Source: a virus (Duplodnaviria; Caudoviricetes). Taken from it: 56,059 nt of DNA. The notes under the pieces were generated by a model. It was given only the letters and a program-made list of their open reading frames with translations, had not been told where the DNA came from and searched no databases. The stretch is taken from the IMG/VR virus record IMGVR_UViG_3300033004_000002, positions 1-56,059 of that record; one strand, written 5' to 3'. Position numbers and translations under genes: made by a program. Shown one piece after another: positions 1 through 7,972 of this stretch (its first letter is position 1; each line of letters begins with the position of its first letter).

Positions 1-127
1 GACCTCATCCGACGAAAGCCGCGCCAGAAACCCTATCGCGTTCGTTGACCCGTCCCGCCGCAATCCAGGCGTCAACGGTTCATCGAATGGCCGCCGGGTG
101 AACCCGAGCTTCCGCTCGCCGTCGCGC
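1..127. repeat. 127-bp terminal direct repeat (copy 1), circular-assembly overlap
   Basis: Identical to 55933-56059. Confidence 0.97.
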
Positions 128-168
128 CGAACGGGGCGCTCGCTTGGATGACGTTCCTTGCGGTCCAT
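1..168 (-). CDS. Small hypothetical protein spanning the circular junction (MDRKERHPSERPVRRDGERKLGF...SSDEVED); stop at 55924-55926
   Basis: ATG at 168; frame is open through the repeat and ends in a TGATG overlap with the start of the 55541-55924 gene. Confidence 0.7.
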   Translation of the reverse strand, partial: MDRKERHPSERPVRRDGERKLGFTRRPFDEPLTPGLRRDGSTNAIGFLARLSSDEV

Positions 169-244
169 CCTACAGCCGCCTTTCCAGCGTTCCCGGAACA
201 ATCCAGATGCAATCGCTCAAACCAATGTGCGAACGGAAGTGAAA

Positions 245-412
245 TCACTCCGGAGAGACGTAGAACGGCTTCGTCCCGTAGTAGTGCACATAGTGGGGGT
301 ACGGCTCAGACATCAGATCGAAGAGAGCGGTATGGAAAGCTCTCGGAGGAGGCGTGTCGATAGCCCGCTTCAGATCCTTGAATCCGAGGGCGTTCAATGT
401 GCTCAGCGCCAT
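245..412 (-). CDS. Hypothetical protein (MALSTLNALG...), possibly extending to 170 past an internal TGA
   Basis: ATG overlaps the stop of the upstream gene; the frame reopens after the TGA until a TAG at 170-172. Confidence 0.5.
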   Translation of the reverse strand: MALSTLNALGFKDLKRAIDTPPPRAFHTALFDLMSEPYPHYVHYYGTKPFYVSPE

Positions 413-651
413 CAGTAGCCGCCCCCGAGATGCTTCGCTGCCGCCTTCGCCGAGATCGCCCCGCGCTTGATCGCGCGCTTGGCGCGGTCGCCGTCGACAT
501 GCTGTGGCAGCTTCTTCAGCTTCTTGCCCTTCGCGCCCTTGGCGAATTCTTTCCCGACCTTCTTCGGAATCCCAATGGTCGACTTGCCGGCAGCGGCTGC
601 ATGCATCGCCGCGTTTTGCGCCTTCGAGACCGGTTTCGGATAGGGAGGCAT
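412..651 (-). CDS. Small Lys/Ala-rich basic phage protein (MPPYPKPVSKAQNAAMHAAAAGKSTIGIPKKVGKEF...)
   Basis: GGAG upstream of ATG at 651; resembles small basic proteins often found near terminase genes; carries the shared C-terminal KRGxIS tag. Confidence 0.75.
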   Translation of the reverse strand: MPPYPKPVSKAQNAAMHAAAAGKSTIGIPKKVGKEFAKGAKGKKLKKLPQHVDGDRAKRAIKRGAISAKAAAKHLGGGY

Positions 652-716
652 TTCGTTCTCCACGCGACCGCGGAAGGTGACGGATTTGTTGTTGGCGGCG
701 GGCGCGGTCAGAGCCA

Positions 717-911
717 TCAGAACCCGCGCGCGACATGCCACGCCGCCTTGAATGAGGCCATCCGGCCAAATCCAAGTTGGCGGTAGTTCACATAACTATT
801 CCGAAACCGCTCACAGAACGGGCGAAGCCTCACGCGGATCATGCCGTCGGGGCGGCTCATCTCCCGTTCCACTGTCTCGCAATCATCGAGCAACTCGAAG
901 CGAAAGAACAT
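717..911 (-). CDS. Hypothetical protein
   Basis: ORF co-oriented with the operon; GAGGG upstream. Confidence 0.45.
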   Translation of the reverse strand: MFFRFELLDDCETVEREMSRPDGMIRVRLRPFCERFRNSYVNYRQLGFGRMASFKAAWHVARGF

Positions 912-927
912 GATGACGCCCTCAAAT

Positions 928-1068
928 AGGTGGCCGGCTTCTTCCGATTAGACGCGTTCTCTATGTCCGGAACGTTGCCGCTCCCCCTTCACACCCGCGT
1001 CCAAACATCGGAAGCGTGATCAGCTGCCCGCCGGCCTCGGGGCGCAGCCCAGGATGGGTGTGACGGGT
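928..1068 (-). ncRNA. Putative structured RNA element
   Basis: Nested stems 932-938/1030-1036, 941-948/1007-1014 and 949-956/996-1003; GCAA-tetraloop hairpin 969-984; extra pairing 989-996/1056-1063. Confidence 0.5.
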
Positions 1069-1072
1069 TAGT

Positions 1073-1315
1073 TCAGGTCTTCGGAGCCTTCGGAAACTCC
1101 ACGGGGCAGAACACGATGGCCATGTTTTGCGGTCTCACCCACCAAGAGTTGCCATCGAGATCGACCAGCAATGCTGGCTCCGTGATGATGGTCCCTGGAG
1201 GTAGCCTAGGCCTCGGAGCAGGCAGCGCCGTTGAACGCGCCGCCGCATCGTTCGCGCTTTGGCCGTGCTGGCGAAGGGAATTCATGTTTAGATCTTGACA
1301 GTATGCCATTCTCAA
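1073..1315 (-). CDS. Hypothetical protein
   Basis: Co-oriented ORF overlapping the upstream stop; start uncertain. Confidence 0.5.
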   Translation of the reverse strand: MRMAYCQDLNMNSLRQHGQSANDAAARSTALPAPRPRLPPGTIITEPALLVDLDGNSWWVRPQNMAIVFCPVEFPKAPKT

Positions 1316-1506
1316 ATCCCCCGCTTGGCGTAGATCTCCAGCCGCCGCCCCATCGCCTCACGAAACCGCGGCAGGAACGGCCAGGCCTTCCGCGCGATCG
1401 CCATGTGCTGCATGCCCTGCTCGATCGAGGTCGGCGGGAAGCCCTGCGCGTAGTGCCATTCGGCGAGCGACAGCTGCGTCGTGCATCCGAGCACTGCAAC
1501 CAGCAC
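1312..1506 (-). CDS. Small protein overlapping the 3' end of the O-antigen-ligase-like gene (VLVAVLGCTTQLSLAEWHYAQG...)
   Basis: Alternative frame has a hydrophobic start and helical, TPR-like composition. Confidence 0.5.
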   Translation of the reverse strand: MLVAVLGCTTQLSLAEWHYAQGFPPTSIEQGMQHMAIARKAWPFLPRFREAMGRRLEIYAKRGI

Positions 1507-2545
1507 AATGGCCCGCAAACAGCGCGCCAAGAACGACGGTGCCCGGGTCGTGGAAGGGCATGGCGAACAGCGAGAGGACGAAGAGAGCGGCGAAGACGCT
1601 GCGCTCGGGCCGTTCGTCAGCGGCAAACCAGAGCCCCAGCGAAAACAGCATGCCGAGGCCAAGGGCTGGAACGCCGCCTTCGAAGACGAGCCAGAGCCAT
1701 TCATTGTGGGGGTGCTCCGGTCGGCTTTGCCAGTGGTTGAAATCGAAGGTCTGCGCCAATGCAAGGAACACCTCGCGGAATGAGCCGAGGCCATGGCCGA
1801 AGACGGTGAGGCCCGAAATGGTGTCGCGCCAGATAGCGAGGCGTTCGCCATCGGAAGGCGCCAAACCGTGCAAAATGAGGTACGTCGGAATCGCCATCAC
1901 AAGGGACAGCCCTGCGTAAATCCGAAACGGCCGATAGAGACTCTCCGTTACGACCACTCCCGCACAGATCCCAAGCCATGCCGCCTTCGACGGCGCGAGC
2001 ACCAGGGACGGCAGCAGCAGCGGCAGCAATAGCCATACGCGAGGGAGGGCAACCAACCCCACGGCGACCACGGCCGCCGCTGCTGCCAGCCGATCGCGGT
2101 TGACGAACAGTCCGGGATAGCCGCCGTTGACGATCTCGACGCCCTGCCAGCCGAACCATTGCGCCACAGCGACCGCGCTGTTGATGCCGATGCCGAGTGC
2201 CGCCCCGATGATGAGACCGCTGAGGTCGGTCAACGTCGAGCCGACGGCGAAGGCGCACAGCACGACCAGCAGTTCAAAGCTCGCCTCGCCGCCGTCGAGC
2301 CTGCCGTCGGTGCCGCCATCGTTCCAGAGAATCGACAGAACCAGCCAGCCGATCAGCAAGAGGCCGACCCAGTGCGTCATGGTCATGCGCACGCGCGGGG
2401 CCATGAACAGCGCGAGGGCAAGCGAGGCGGCGACGATCCAGCGCGGCGTGGTAGCCGCGCCGGCGATGCCGGGCCAGTAGGCCGTCATTAGCGCGAAACC
2501 GAACAGACCAGCGAACAGATCAGAACGGCGGAAACCCTTCGGCAT
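1358..2545 (-). CDS. O-antigen ligase / O-oligosaccharyltransferase (Wzy_C, WaaL/PglL-like) membrane protein
   Basis: About 10-12 hydrophobic segments; G-L-F-x-N-R, S-K-A-A-W, R-L-x-I-W, G-H-G-L-G-S-F and H-P-H-N-E-W-L...E-G-G motifs typical of Wzy_C. Confidence 0.85.
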   Translation of the reverse strand: MPKGFRRSDLFAGLFGFALMTAYWPGIAGAATTPRWIVAASLALALFMAPRVRMTMTHWVGLLLIGWLVLSILWNDGGTDGRLDGGEASFELLVVLCAFAVGSTLTDLSGLIIGAALGIGINSAVAVAQWFGWQGVEIVNGGYPGLFVNRDRLAAAAAVVAVGLVALPRVWLLLPLLLPSLVLAPSKAAWLGICAGVVVTESLYRPFRIYAGLSLVMAIPTYLILHGLAPSDGERLAIWRDTISGLTVFGHGLGSFREVFLALAQTFDFNHWQSRPEHPHNEWLWLVFEGGVPALGLGMLFSLGLWFAADERPERSVFAALFVLSLFAMPFHDPGTVVLGALFAGHCAGCSARMHDAAVARRMALRAGLPADLDRAGHAAHGDRAEGLAVPAAVS

Positions 2546-2768
2546 CGAGCCTCTCGTTCAGCGTGTCGTCGGGATATTCGGAGTGGTCGCGCCATTCGTC
2601 GGGCTGGTCGGGATCGTCTTCGATCTCATCGTCTTCGTCTTCCGGATCGAGCGACTGCACCATCCTGACGACGCATCCACGATAGATCACGTCACCCTTT
2701 TGGTATGGTCCCCAGTTCTCGGTCACCAGCAGCGCATGCTCGCCGCCGAAGTCGATCGTGCGCATCAC
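2520..2768 (-). CDS. Hypothetical acidic protein
   Basis: Coupled by stop/start overlap. Confidence 0.65.
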   Translation of the reverse strand: MMRTIDFGGEHALLVTENWGPYQKGDVIYRGCVVRMVQSLDPEDEDDEIEDDPDQPDEWRDHSEYPDDTLNERLDAEGFPPF

Positions 2769-3028
2769 TGCGCGCCATGAACCGTTGCAATCAACTCGTT
2801 GGCGTCCGCCTGCATGTCCCTGGCGATCTTGCCGGCCTTCTGCTCTGCGGCGAGCAGCTGACCCGACAGCACCTCGCGGTCTTCGTGCGCTCCGATGCCG
2901 GCATCGAGCAGGGCCTTGAGGTCGGACATCATCACCGAGGTGACGGGCGCGTTGCTGTCCATCGCGTGCTGGAAGTCGGCCAGCAGTTCCTTGGCGCGGT
3001 CAGCGAAGGACGGGAGGGTATCTGCCAT
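2765..3028 (-). CDS. Hypothetical helical protein
   Basis: High GC3; GAGGG upstream. Confidence 0.7.
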   Translation of the reverse strand: MADTLPSFADRAKELLADFQHAMDSNAPVTSVMMSDLKALLDAGIGAHEDREVLSGQLLAAEQKAGKIARDMQADANELIATVHGAQ

Positions 3029-3031
3029 CGT

Positions 3032-3418
3032 TCAACCCTCGCCATCTTCCCCCAAAGGGACATTCGACAGCCGCTCGATCACCGCCACGGACTCGTCAAC
3101 ACCCTTGATGATGGCATCGTAATAGCTGTGATGCTTTTCGGCTGCGGCATCACGTTTTCGCTCGGCGACACCGATCTTCGCCGCGATGCCGTCGAGCACG
3201 GTTTCGGTCTTCTTGTGGAAGTCCTGTGCGCGCTCGGTCAATGCCGCCATCTTGCCGGTCAGGCTCATTCGTCGATCCCGTGCGATGGTGGTCAAAACGC
3301 GCGCCGCGACAAGACGGTCTGCGGCGCCATCGATGGCCTCCGCGCTGACGATCGCCACGTCCGCGCTGACAACCTCCTGTGCGATGCCGGTGTGATCGGT
3401 GGCGGGATCAGGCATCAC
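3032..3418 (-). CDS. Hypothetical coiled-coil protein
   Basis: GTGA overlap with the terL stop; an alternative start at 3268 is possible. Confidence 0.7.
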   Translation of the reverse strand: MMPDPATDHTGIAQEVVSADVAIVSAEAIDGAADRLVAARVLTTIARDRRMSLTGKMAALTERAQDFHKKTETVLDGIAAKIGVAERKRDAAAEKHHSYYDAIIKGVDESVAVIERLSNVPLGEDGEG

Positions 3419-5037
3419 ATCGTCACCGTCGAATACATCTCGCCGCCCCGTTCGTCCCGCGCCTCGCGGTAGCCGTCGCGGCGGACCGGTTCGTCCTTCG
3501 CCAGCGACTTGATCCAGGGCCGCGACAGGCAGGCGTAGCGCCAGTCGTCCGCCGCATGATCTTCCGCATCGGTGTCGAGATCCTCGGCGCGGCTCTGGTC
3601 GTGCTGCAGCACCGGGATGGTGCGGATCGAGTCGGTACAGGTCGAAAAGCAGTAGATCATCGGCCGTCCCGTCGACCAGTTGATCGAACCGTCGGTTTCG
3701 TTGCGCTGCGCCGATCCGATCAGCCGCGCCCGGAACATGTCCCAGCCGCCCATGGGCCCGGCCTTCTCGCGGTCGCCGGTCTGCCGCGTCACGCGCTTGT
3801 TGTCGGCGGCGATGAACGCGGCGAGCTTGGCCTTGAACAGTTCCTCGTTGATGCGCTCGGCGTTGGAGGGGCCGCCATCCTCGGTGAAAGCGGAAGGGTC
3901 CAGCACGCCGTAGGTCAGCTTGGCGAGGTCATCGCGCTCGCGCGACGCGATGCCCTTGCCGACTTCGTTCGCCGTCAGCTTTCCGCCGACGGCGCCGTAC
4001 CATTCGCGGTATCGGACCAAGGCGCCTCGGGGAAGCGTTTGCGTGCTTCTTCCCGCGTCATTGGACGAAACTGGAAGTGAAAGTCCGTCGGACTGTTGAA
4101 GAACTCCTCCTGCGGACCCGGGAAAGGCCTCCAACCTGAACTCGTCTCCGACGACCGCCCACCATCCGACACTGAACGGGCTGTAAGAACCCCAGTCACC
4201 GCTGCGAAAGCGCAGCCAATGCTCCGGAATAGCGAACGGCGTGACAACATGTTGCTCATTGCTCCATTCCGAGAAGAAGGCGCCTTCGATCGCGGTCCAG
4301 TCGCCTTCGAGCCAGGCCTTGACCAGCTGCGCGGTGCCGACCAGGTAGAGCCGCGAGCGGTAGCCCGGATCGCTCTGCAGCAGGATCTTGTTGTTTTCCA
4401 GCCGCGAGGGGATCACCGCCATCTTGTGCAGCGAACCGTCGGGCAGCTTGCGCGTCAGCACCTTCGGCCGGCGCGGGAACGGATGCAGATGGTAACGGTT
4501 GCGAAGCCAGTGCTGGCCGGCGCCGCCGGGGTTGGCGGTGAGGATCAACTGGACCGGCACGCCGTGGCTGGAGCGCAGCACGCCGAACAGCCGGTCGATC
4601 GGCGCCGAACTCGGATATTGCCCGGCTTCTTCCACCCATGCATCGGTGACGTTGCGACCCTGGTACTCGTTGGCGTCCTGCACGCTCTCCAGATACTTGA
4701 ACCGGACTTTGCCGCCGTTCGGCATGATCCAGCCCTTGTTCTCGATGTAGCGCCCACCTAGCGGGCCGTAGATTTCCTTCGACCGGTCGATCGCATCTTC
4801 CGCCGAGGTCGTGGTGCGGCGGAACATGATCGCGTTGAAGGCCGTGCCGTATCGCTTTTCCTTCAGCGCCCACTTGCCGAGCACGCCATCGGTCTTGCCG
4901 CCGCCGCGGGCGCCGCCGAAGAACACTTCCGGAAACGGACAGCAGCAGAGATCGTCCTGCGGGCCTTCCTGCGGCGACCAGGAGCGGTCCTGGTCATGGG
5001 CGACATGCGCGCTGGTCCGCGGCGCGACGACATTCAT
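3415..5037 (-). CDS. terL: Terminase large subunit
   Basis: W-x-P-Q-x-G-P-Q, Walker A GGARGGGKT, Walker B WVEEAG, LTANPGG, nuclease DWG and EDHAADDWRY. Confidence 0.95.
   Translation of the reverse strand: MNVVAPRTSAHVAHDQDRSWSPQEGPQDDLCCCPFPEVFFGGARGGGKTDGVLGKWALKEKRYGTAFNAIMFRRTTTSAEDAIDRSKEIYGPLGGRYIENKGWIMPNGGKVRFKYLESVQDANEYQGRNVTDAWVEEAGQYPSSAPIDRLFGVLRSSHGVPVQLILTANPGGAGQHWLRNRYHLHPFPRRPKVLTRKLPDGSLHKMAVIPSRLENNKILLQSDPGYRSRLYLVGTAQLVKAWLEGDWTAIEGAFFSEWSNEQHVVTPFAIPEHWLRFRSGDWGSYSPFSVGWWAVVGDEFRLEAFPGSAGGVLQQSDGLSLPVSSNDAGRSTQTLPRGALVRYREWYGAVGGKLTANEVGKGIASRERDDLAKLTYGVLDPSAFTEDGGPSNAERINEELFKAKLAAFIAADNKRVTRQTGDREKAGPMGGWDMFRARLIGSAQRNETDGSINWSTGRPMIYCFSTCTDSIRTIPVLQHDQSRAEDLDTDAEDHAADDWRYACLSRPWIKSLAKDEPVRRDGYREARDERGGEMYSTVTM
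3975..4259 (-). CDS. Overprinted ORF inside terL; twin-arginine-like N-terminus (MSNMLSRRSLFRSIGCAFAAV...)
   Basis: GGAG just upstream of ATG; terL third-position GC drops over this interval; terL has an apparent insertion here. Confidence 0.6.
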   Translation of the reverse strand: MSNMLSRRSLFRSIGCAFAAVTGVLTARSVSDGGRSSETSSGWRPFPGPQEEFFNSPTDFHFQFRPMTREEARKRFPEAPWSDTANGTAPSAES

Positions 5038-5046
5038 GCGAATCCG

Positions 5047-5310
5047 CTAATGCCGGCCGTGAAGACCATATCCCATCTGCACAGAGAAGCGCGGCACACC
5101 ATCGATGCAAAGATGCGTGATGCCGTTCTCCAGATCGATCAGCGAAAACCGCTCGATCTCAACACCGCACTCTCGGAACCGATGAATAGCGGCTTCGATC
5201 GCTTGGATTCGCGCCTCTCGCGCCTGGCGCACAAGGTCGACCGTCAGGCTATGAAAGACCTTTGAGTCAATGACCCCAGGCTCTTCATAAAATCTAGTCG
5301 GCACCTGCAC
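5047..5310 (-). CDS. Hypothetical protein between terS and terL
   Basis: GGAGG upstream; fills the gap. Confidence 0.6.
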   Translation of the reverse strand: MQVPTRFYEEPGVIDSKVFHSLTVDLVRQAREARIQAIEAAIHRFRECGVEIERFSLIDLENGITHLCIDGVPRFSVQMGYGLHGRH

Positions 5311-5743
5311 GCTGCGCCTCCCATTCGGATTCCGACATCGGCTTTTCCGAGATCAGGTAGACCGAGGCCGGGTTGTTGCCGGTGGGATCTGTCAGCGCGG
5401 TCTTGGTCACCGCCTTGAAGCCGTGCATGTCGCGGAGCTGGGCGAGCGCGCCAAGCCGATGCGGCCAATCCAGCACGACGCGGCGGCCGGGAAACTCCGA
5501 ACCATCGCCATAAGCGATTGCCGAAAGCGCCGTCTCGATCTGATCGCGCTTTTCACGAACCACGTCTTCGCTGGTCGCGACCAGTTCGGCGATGCGCGCC
5601 TGCACGGCTTTGTTGCGCTCAAGCTTGGTAGCAACGCCAGACGTCGGCTTAAGCCCGATCGCCTTCGCTGCCGCGCGCGGCGGAATCAAGATCGCGCGAA
5701 GACGCGAATACCGTTCGTGGTTCTCGTTGGTCAGGACTGGCAC
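5294..5743 (-). CDS. terS: Terminase small subunit
   Basis: Probable GTG start (MPVLTNENHERYS...), HTH followed by VQARIAEL; directly upstream of terL. Confidence 0.75.
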   Translation of the reverse strand: MPVLTNENHERYSRLRAILIPPRAAAKAIGLKPTSGVATKLERNKAVQARIAELVATSEDVVREKRDQIETALSAIAYGDGSEFPGRRVVLDWPHRLGALAQLRDMHGFKAVTKTALTDPTGNNPASVYLISEKPMSESEWEAQRAGAD

Positions 5744-5908
5744 AAGGTGATTCCAAAAGATTCCAACTTGTTCATGTTCCAAAAGATCGCCGCTCGCGCC
5801 GGGGAATGCCGGGATGGATGGACCGACACGAGCGGCAGTCAAAGGGAGGAAACGCCCTGAGAGGGCAGCGATAGCCGCAAGGTGACTACCGCATACCCTA
5901 TGCAAACG

Positions 5909-5937
5909 AAAAAGCCCGGCACTGAGGCCGGGCTCTT
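5909..5937 (-). terminator. Rho-independent terminator in the late leader
   Basis: AGCCCGGC/GCCGGGCT stem followed by a T-run on the minus strand. Confidence 0.8.
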
Positions 5938-5944
5938 GAAGATA

Positions 5945-5991
5945 TGGGGACAATGACCAGCGGAATTACATGGGACACCTGTCAGGTTATT
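5945..5991 (-). repeat. Bipartite site copy A (AATAACC-N26-GGTCATTGTCCCCA)
   Basis: Aligns with copies B-G. Confidence 0.9.
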
Positions 5992-6018
5992 GAGCGGTCT
6001 TTGCTCGGCTCTCTCCTT

Positions 6019-6052
6019 AAAAGAGAAAAGCCCGGCGCGAAGGCCGGGCTTT
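6019..6052 (-). terminator. Rho-independent terminator downstream of the NusG paralog
   Basis: AAAGCCCGGC-TTCG-type loop-GCCGGGCTTTT on the minus strand. Confidence 0.8.
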
Positions 6053-6211
6053 ATGCTTTGGAAGGCCGCCTATCCGCTGCAGCCGCTCCTCATTGCCGCG
6101 CCTGTCGGATAGCGCGCTCTGGGTATCTCAGGAATCGTTCTAATGGGCCAATCTCTTGGCCCTTCCGCCGGGCGCTTCGGCCCGTCTCCGCGTTGTCACG
6201 GGTGTAACCCG

Positions 6212-6790
6212 CTATACCGCTTCGATCTGGTCCTCATTCAAGTGCAGCAGGACCTGACGCGTCAATATCTCGATTAGAATGGTGATTCGGTAGCGCGGGT
6301 CAAGCCGCTCAATGCGACCTTCCCACATGTCGAACGGGCCGCCGATCAAGCGCACCTTCTGGTCGACCCTGAATTTGCGCTCCTCGGGCAGTCCGTTGCG
6401 CCTGGCTTCGAACCTGCGAACGTCTGCCATGACGCTGAGCGAGATTTTCAGTGCTTCCGGGCCTTGCTTGCCGCAGTATTTAACGAAGCCTCCGATGCCA
6501 TCCGCCGCATCCTTGAGCCTAGCGATATCGGCGTCGAAGTCCGGAATAAACATCGCGCCGGGAAAGATCGGGACCGTCCTCGACAAGCGACGGTTCCATG
6601 CACCCTTGATCGTCCGTTTTTCCTTCGGCACATAGGCCGAGATGCCGTGCTGATGCAGCTGCCGCTCGGCCTTCAGGTCATAGTTCGGATGCAGCCGCAG
6701 CAGGTACCACAGTTTCGGCAGCGGTGTTGCGATAACAGGCCCTTGGACGCACGCGACAAAATCCCTGGTTTCGTAAAGCGCTGCTGTCAT
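6212..6790 (-). CDS. NusG/RfaH-family transcription antiterminator
   Basis: NGN motifs (WYLL...P, PIFPG-MF) and KOW motif (F-x-x-D-Q-K-V-R-L-I-G-G-P-F); sits upstream of terminators and the late genes. Confidence 0.9.
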   Translation of the reverse strand: MTAALYETRDFVACVQGPVIATPLPKLWYLLRLHPNYDLKAERQLHQHGISAYVPKEKRTIKGAWNRRLSRTVPIFPGAMFIPDFDADIARLKDAADGIGGFVKYCGKQGPEALKISLSVMADVRRFEARRNGLPEERKFRVDQKVRLIGGPFDMWEGRIERLDPRYRITILIEILTRQVLLHLNEDQIEAV

Positions 6791-6811
6791 CTGTGGTGCT
6801 CCCTGATTGGT

Positions 6812-7972
6812 TCATTTGAAATCCGCCAGATCATCATCGGTTGCCAGCGCTTGCGGCGGGCCGGTGGTCGACAGTGTTCCATCCTTCCGGGGTGGCCATG
6901 GCCACGGCGCGCGCGAGCCTTCGCGCAGGCGTTGGCGGACCTGCAGGGTCAGATGCTCGCTGAGGAAGCTTTCCCAGGCCGCGGCCTGGTTGCGAGCCAG
7001 CGTCGCCCACTCCGCAACAGCCGGTGCCTGTGCGAGCGCCGCGAGCCGCGGCGTCATGGGAAGTTGATAGTAGACCCGGTCGCCCTTGCGGACGACACTG
7101 CGGAAGAAATCGCCCGCGCCAACGATGTCGTACAGCACAGAGACCGCGCGACCTTCGGGGCTGGCGGTCGGATAGCCGGACATTTTGGCCTCAACGGAGA
7201 CCTGCTCCAGCAGCGTCCAGCGCTTTTCCTTGAGATATTTCCATCCGGCAGGAACCGTGGTGCGCTTGTCGCGTTTCAGCTTTCCAAGAAATGCCGGGAT
7301 GCCGCCCAGCGCTGCCTCGCCCTCGTCGAATTCGAGCACGTACCACGCATCGTCGATCTTGGTTTGATCGTCGCTTGCCGCCGTCGGCCAGCGCCGCTTG
7401 AACTCGGCCAGATTGAGGGCGTGCTTTTCTCGCGCTCGCGCAAGTTCTCTCTCAGAATTTTGGTAAGATTCGTCCCTTGGTTCTTCCGTATTTGGTCCTT
7501 CTATATAGGCCACCCCTGCCTCACCACCCCTCTGGTCAACCACTACTGGCTGGGAGGGGGGTGGATCGTCTGGAATGGAGGGTGGTTCATCCGCCTCATC
7601 ATAGCCGCGCACAATGCCGTCGGGATCGACCTCGCTGGACACCAGCGACAAAGCCATCCTGATCTCGTCATCGCTCAGCTCTTTGCCGGGCAGATCGGAA
7701 ATATCGTAGAGAATGCAGAACGTTCCGTTGGGAAGGCGGATCTTGGTCGCCTGACACCAGCCGGCCGCCATCCACTTGTTCATGATGCGCTTCATGGTTC
7801 CGGGGCCGATGCTCCAGCGGCGCATCAGCGCGGAGCGGCGGATTTCCCAGTCGTGGGGACGTGACAACAGATAGGCCAGGATACCGACCTCGTCGGCGGC
7901 AAGGCGCATGTCATCGAACAGCGTGTTGCTGATCGTCGTAAAATTCTTGGTATGTCGACGGCGGATGATCAT
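6812..7972 (-). CDS. Replication initiator (N-terminal wHTH)
   Basis: NFTTISN...LAYLLSRPHDW wHTH, low-complexity linker, C-terminal FKRRWP...W..L...YL.EKRW domain. Confidence 0.75.
   Translation of the reverse strand: MIIRRRHTKNFTTISNTLFDDMRLAADEVGILAYLLSRPHDWEIRRSALMRRWSIGPGTMKRIMNKWMAAGWCQATKIRLPNGTFCILYDISDLPGKELSDDEIRMALSLVSSEVDPDGIVRGYDEADEPPSIPDDPPPSQPVVVDQRGGEAGVAYIEGPNTEEPRDESYQNSERELARAREKHALNLAEFKRRWPTAASDDQTKIDDAWYVLEFDEGEAALGGIPAFLGKLKRDKRTTVPAGWKYLKEKRWTLLEQVSVEAKMSGYPTASPEGRAVSVLYDIVGAGDFFRSVVRKGDRVYYQLPMTPRLAALAQAPAVAEWATLARNQAAAWESFLSEHLTLQVRQRLREGSRAPWPWPPRKDGTLSTTGPPQALATDDDLADFK

Noticed and set aside
1-127. Biological direct terminal repeat
   Set aside because: Exactly 127 bp (a common assembler k-mer length) and it cuts through an ORF; best read as a circular-assembly overlap.
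245-247. Selenocysteine or genome-wide TGA recoding
   Set aside because: TGA is used as a normal stop throughout (ATGA overlaps); no convincing SECIS or suppressor tRNA.
4030-4140. Intein or intron in terL
   Set aside because: Insert is short and in frame, with no C/S...HN intein ends or group I/II features; better explained by the overprinted ORF.
5945-5955. Sigma32 promoter reading of the site (CCCCATAT/CCCCATCT)
   Set aside because: Only two copies match the -10 box and no CTTGAA -35 is present; kept only as a weak alternative.
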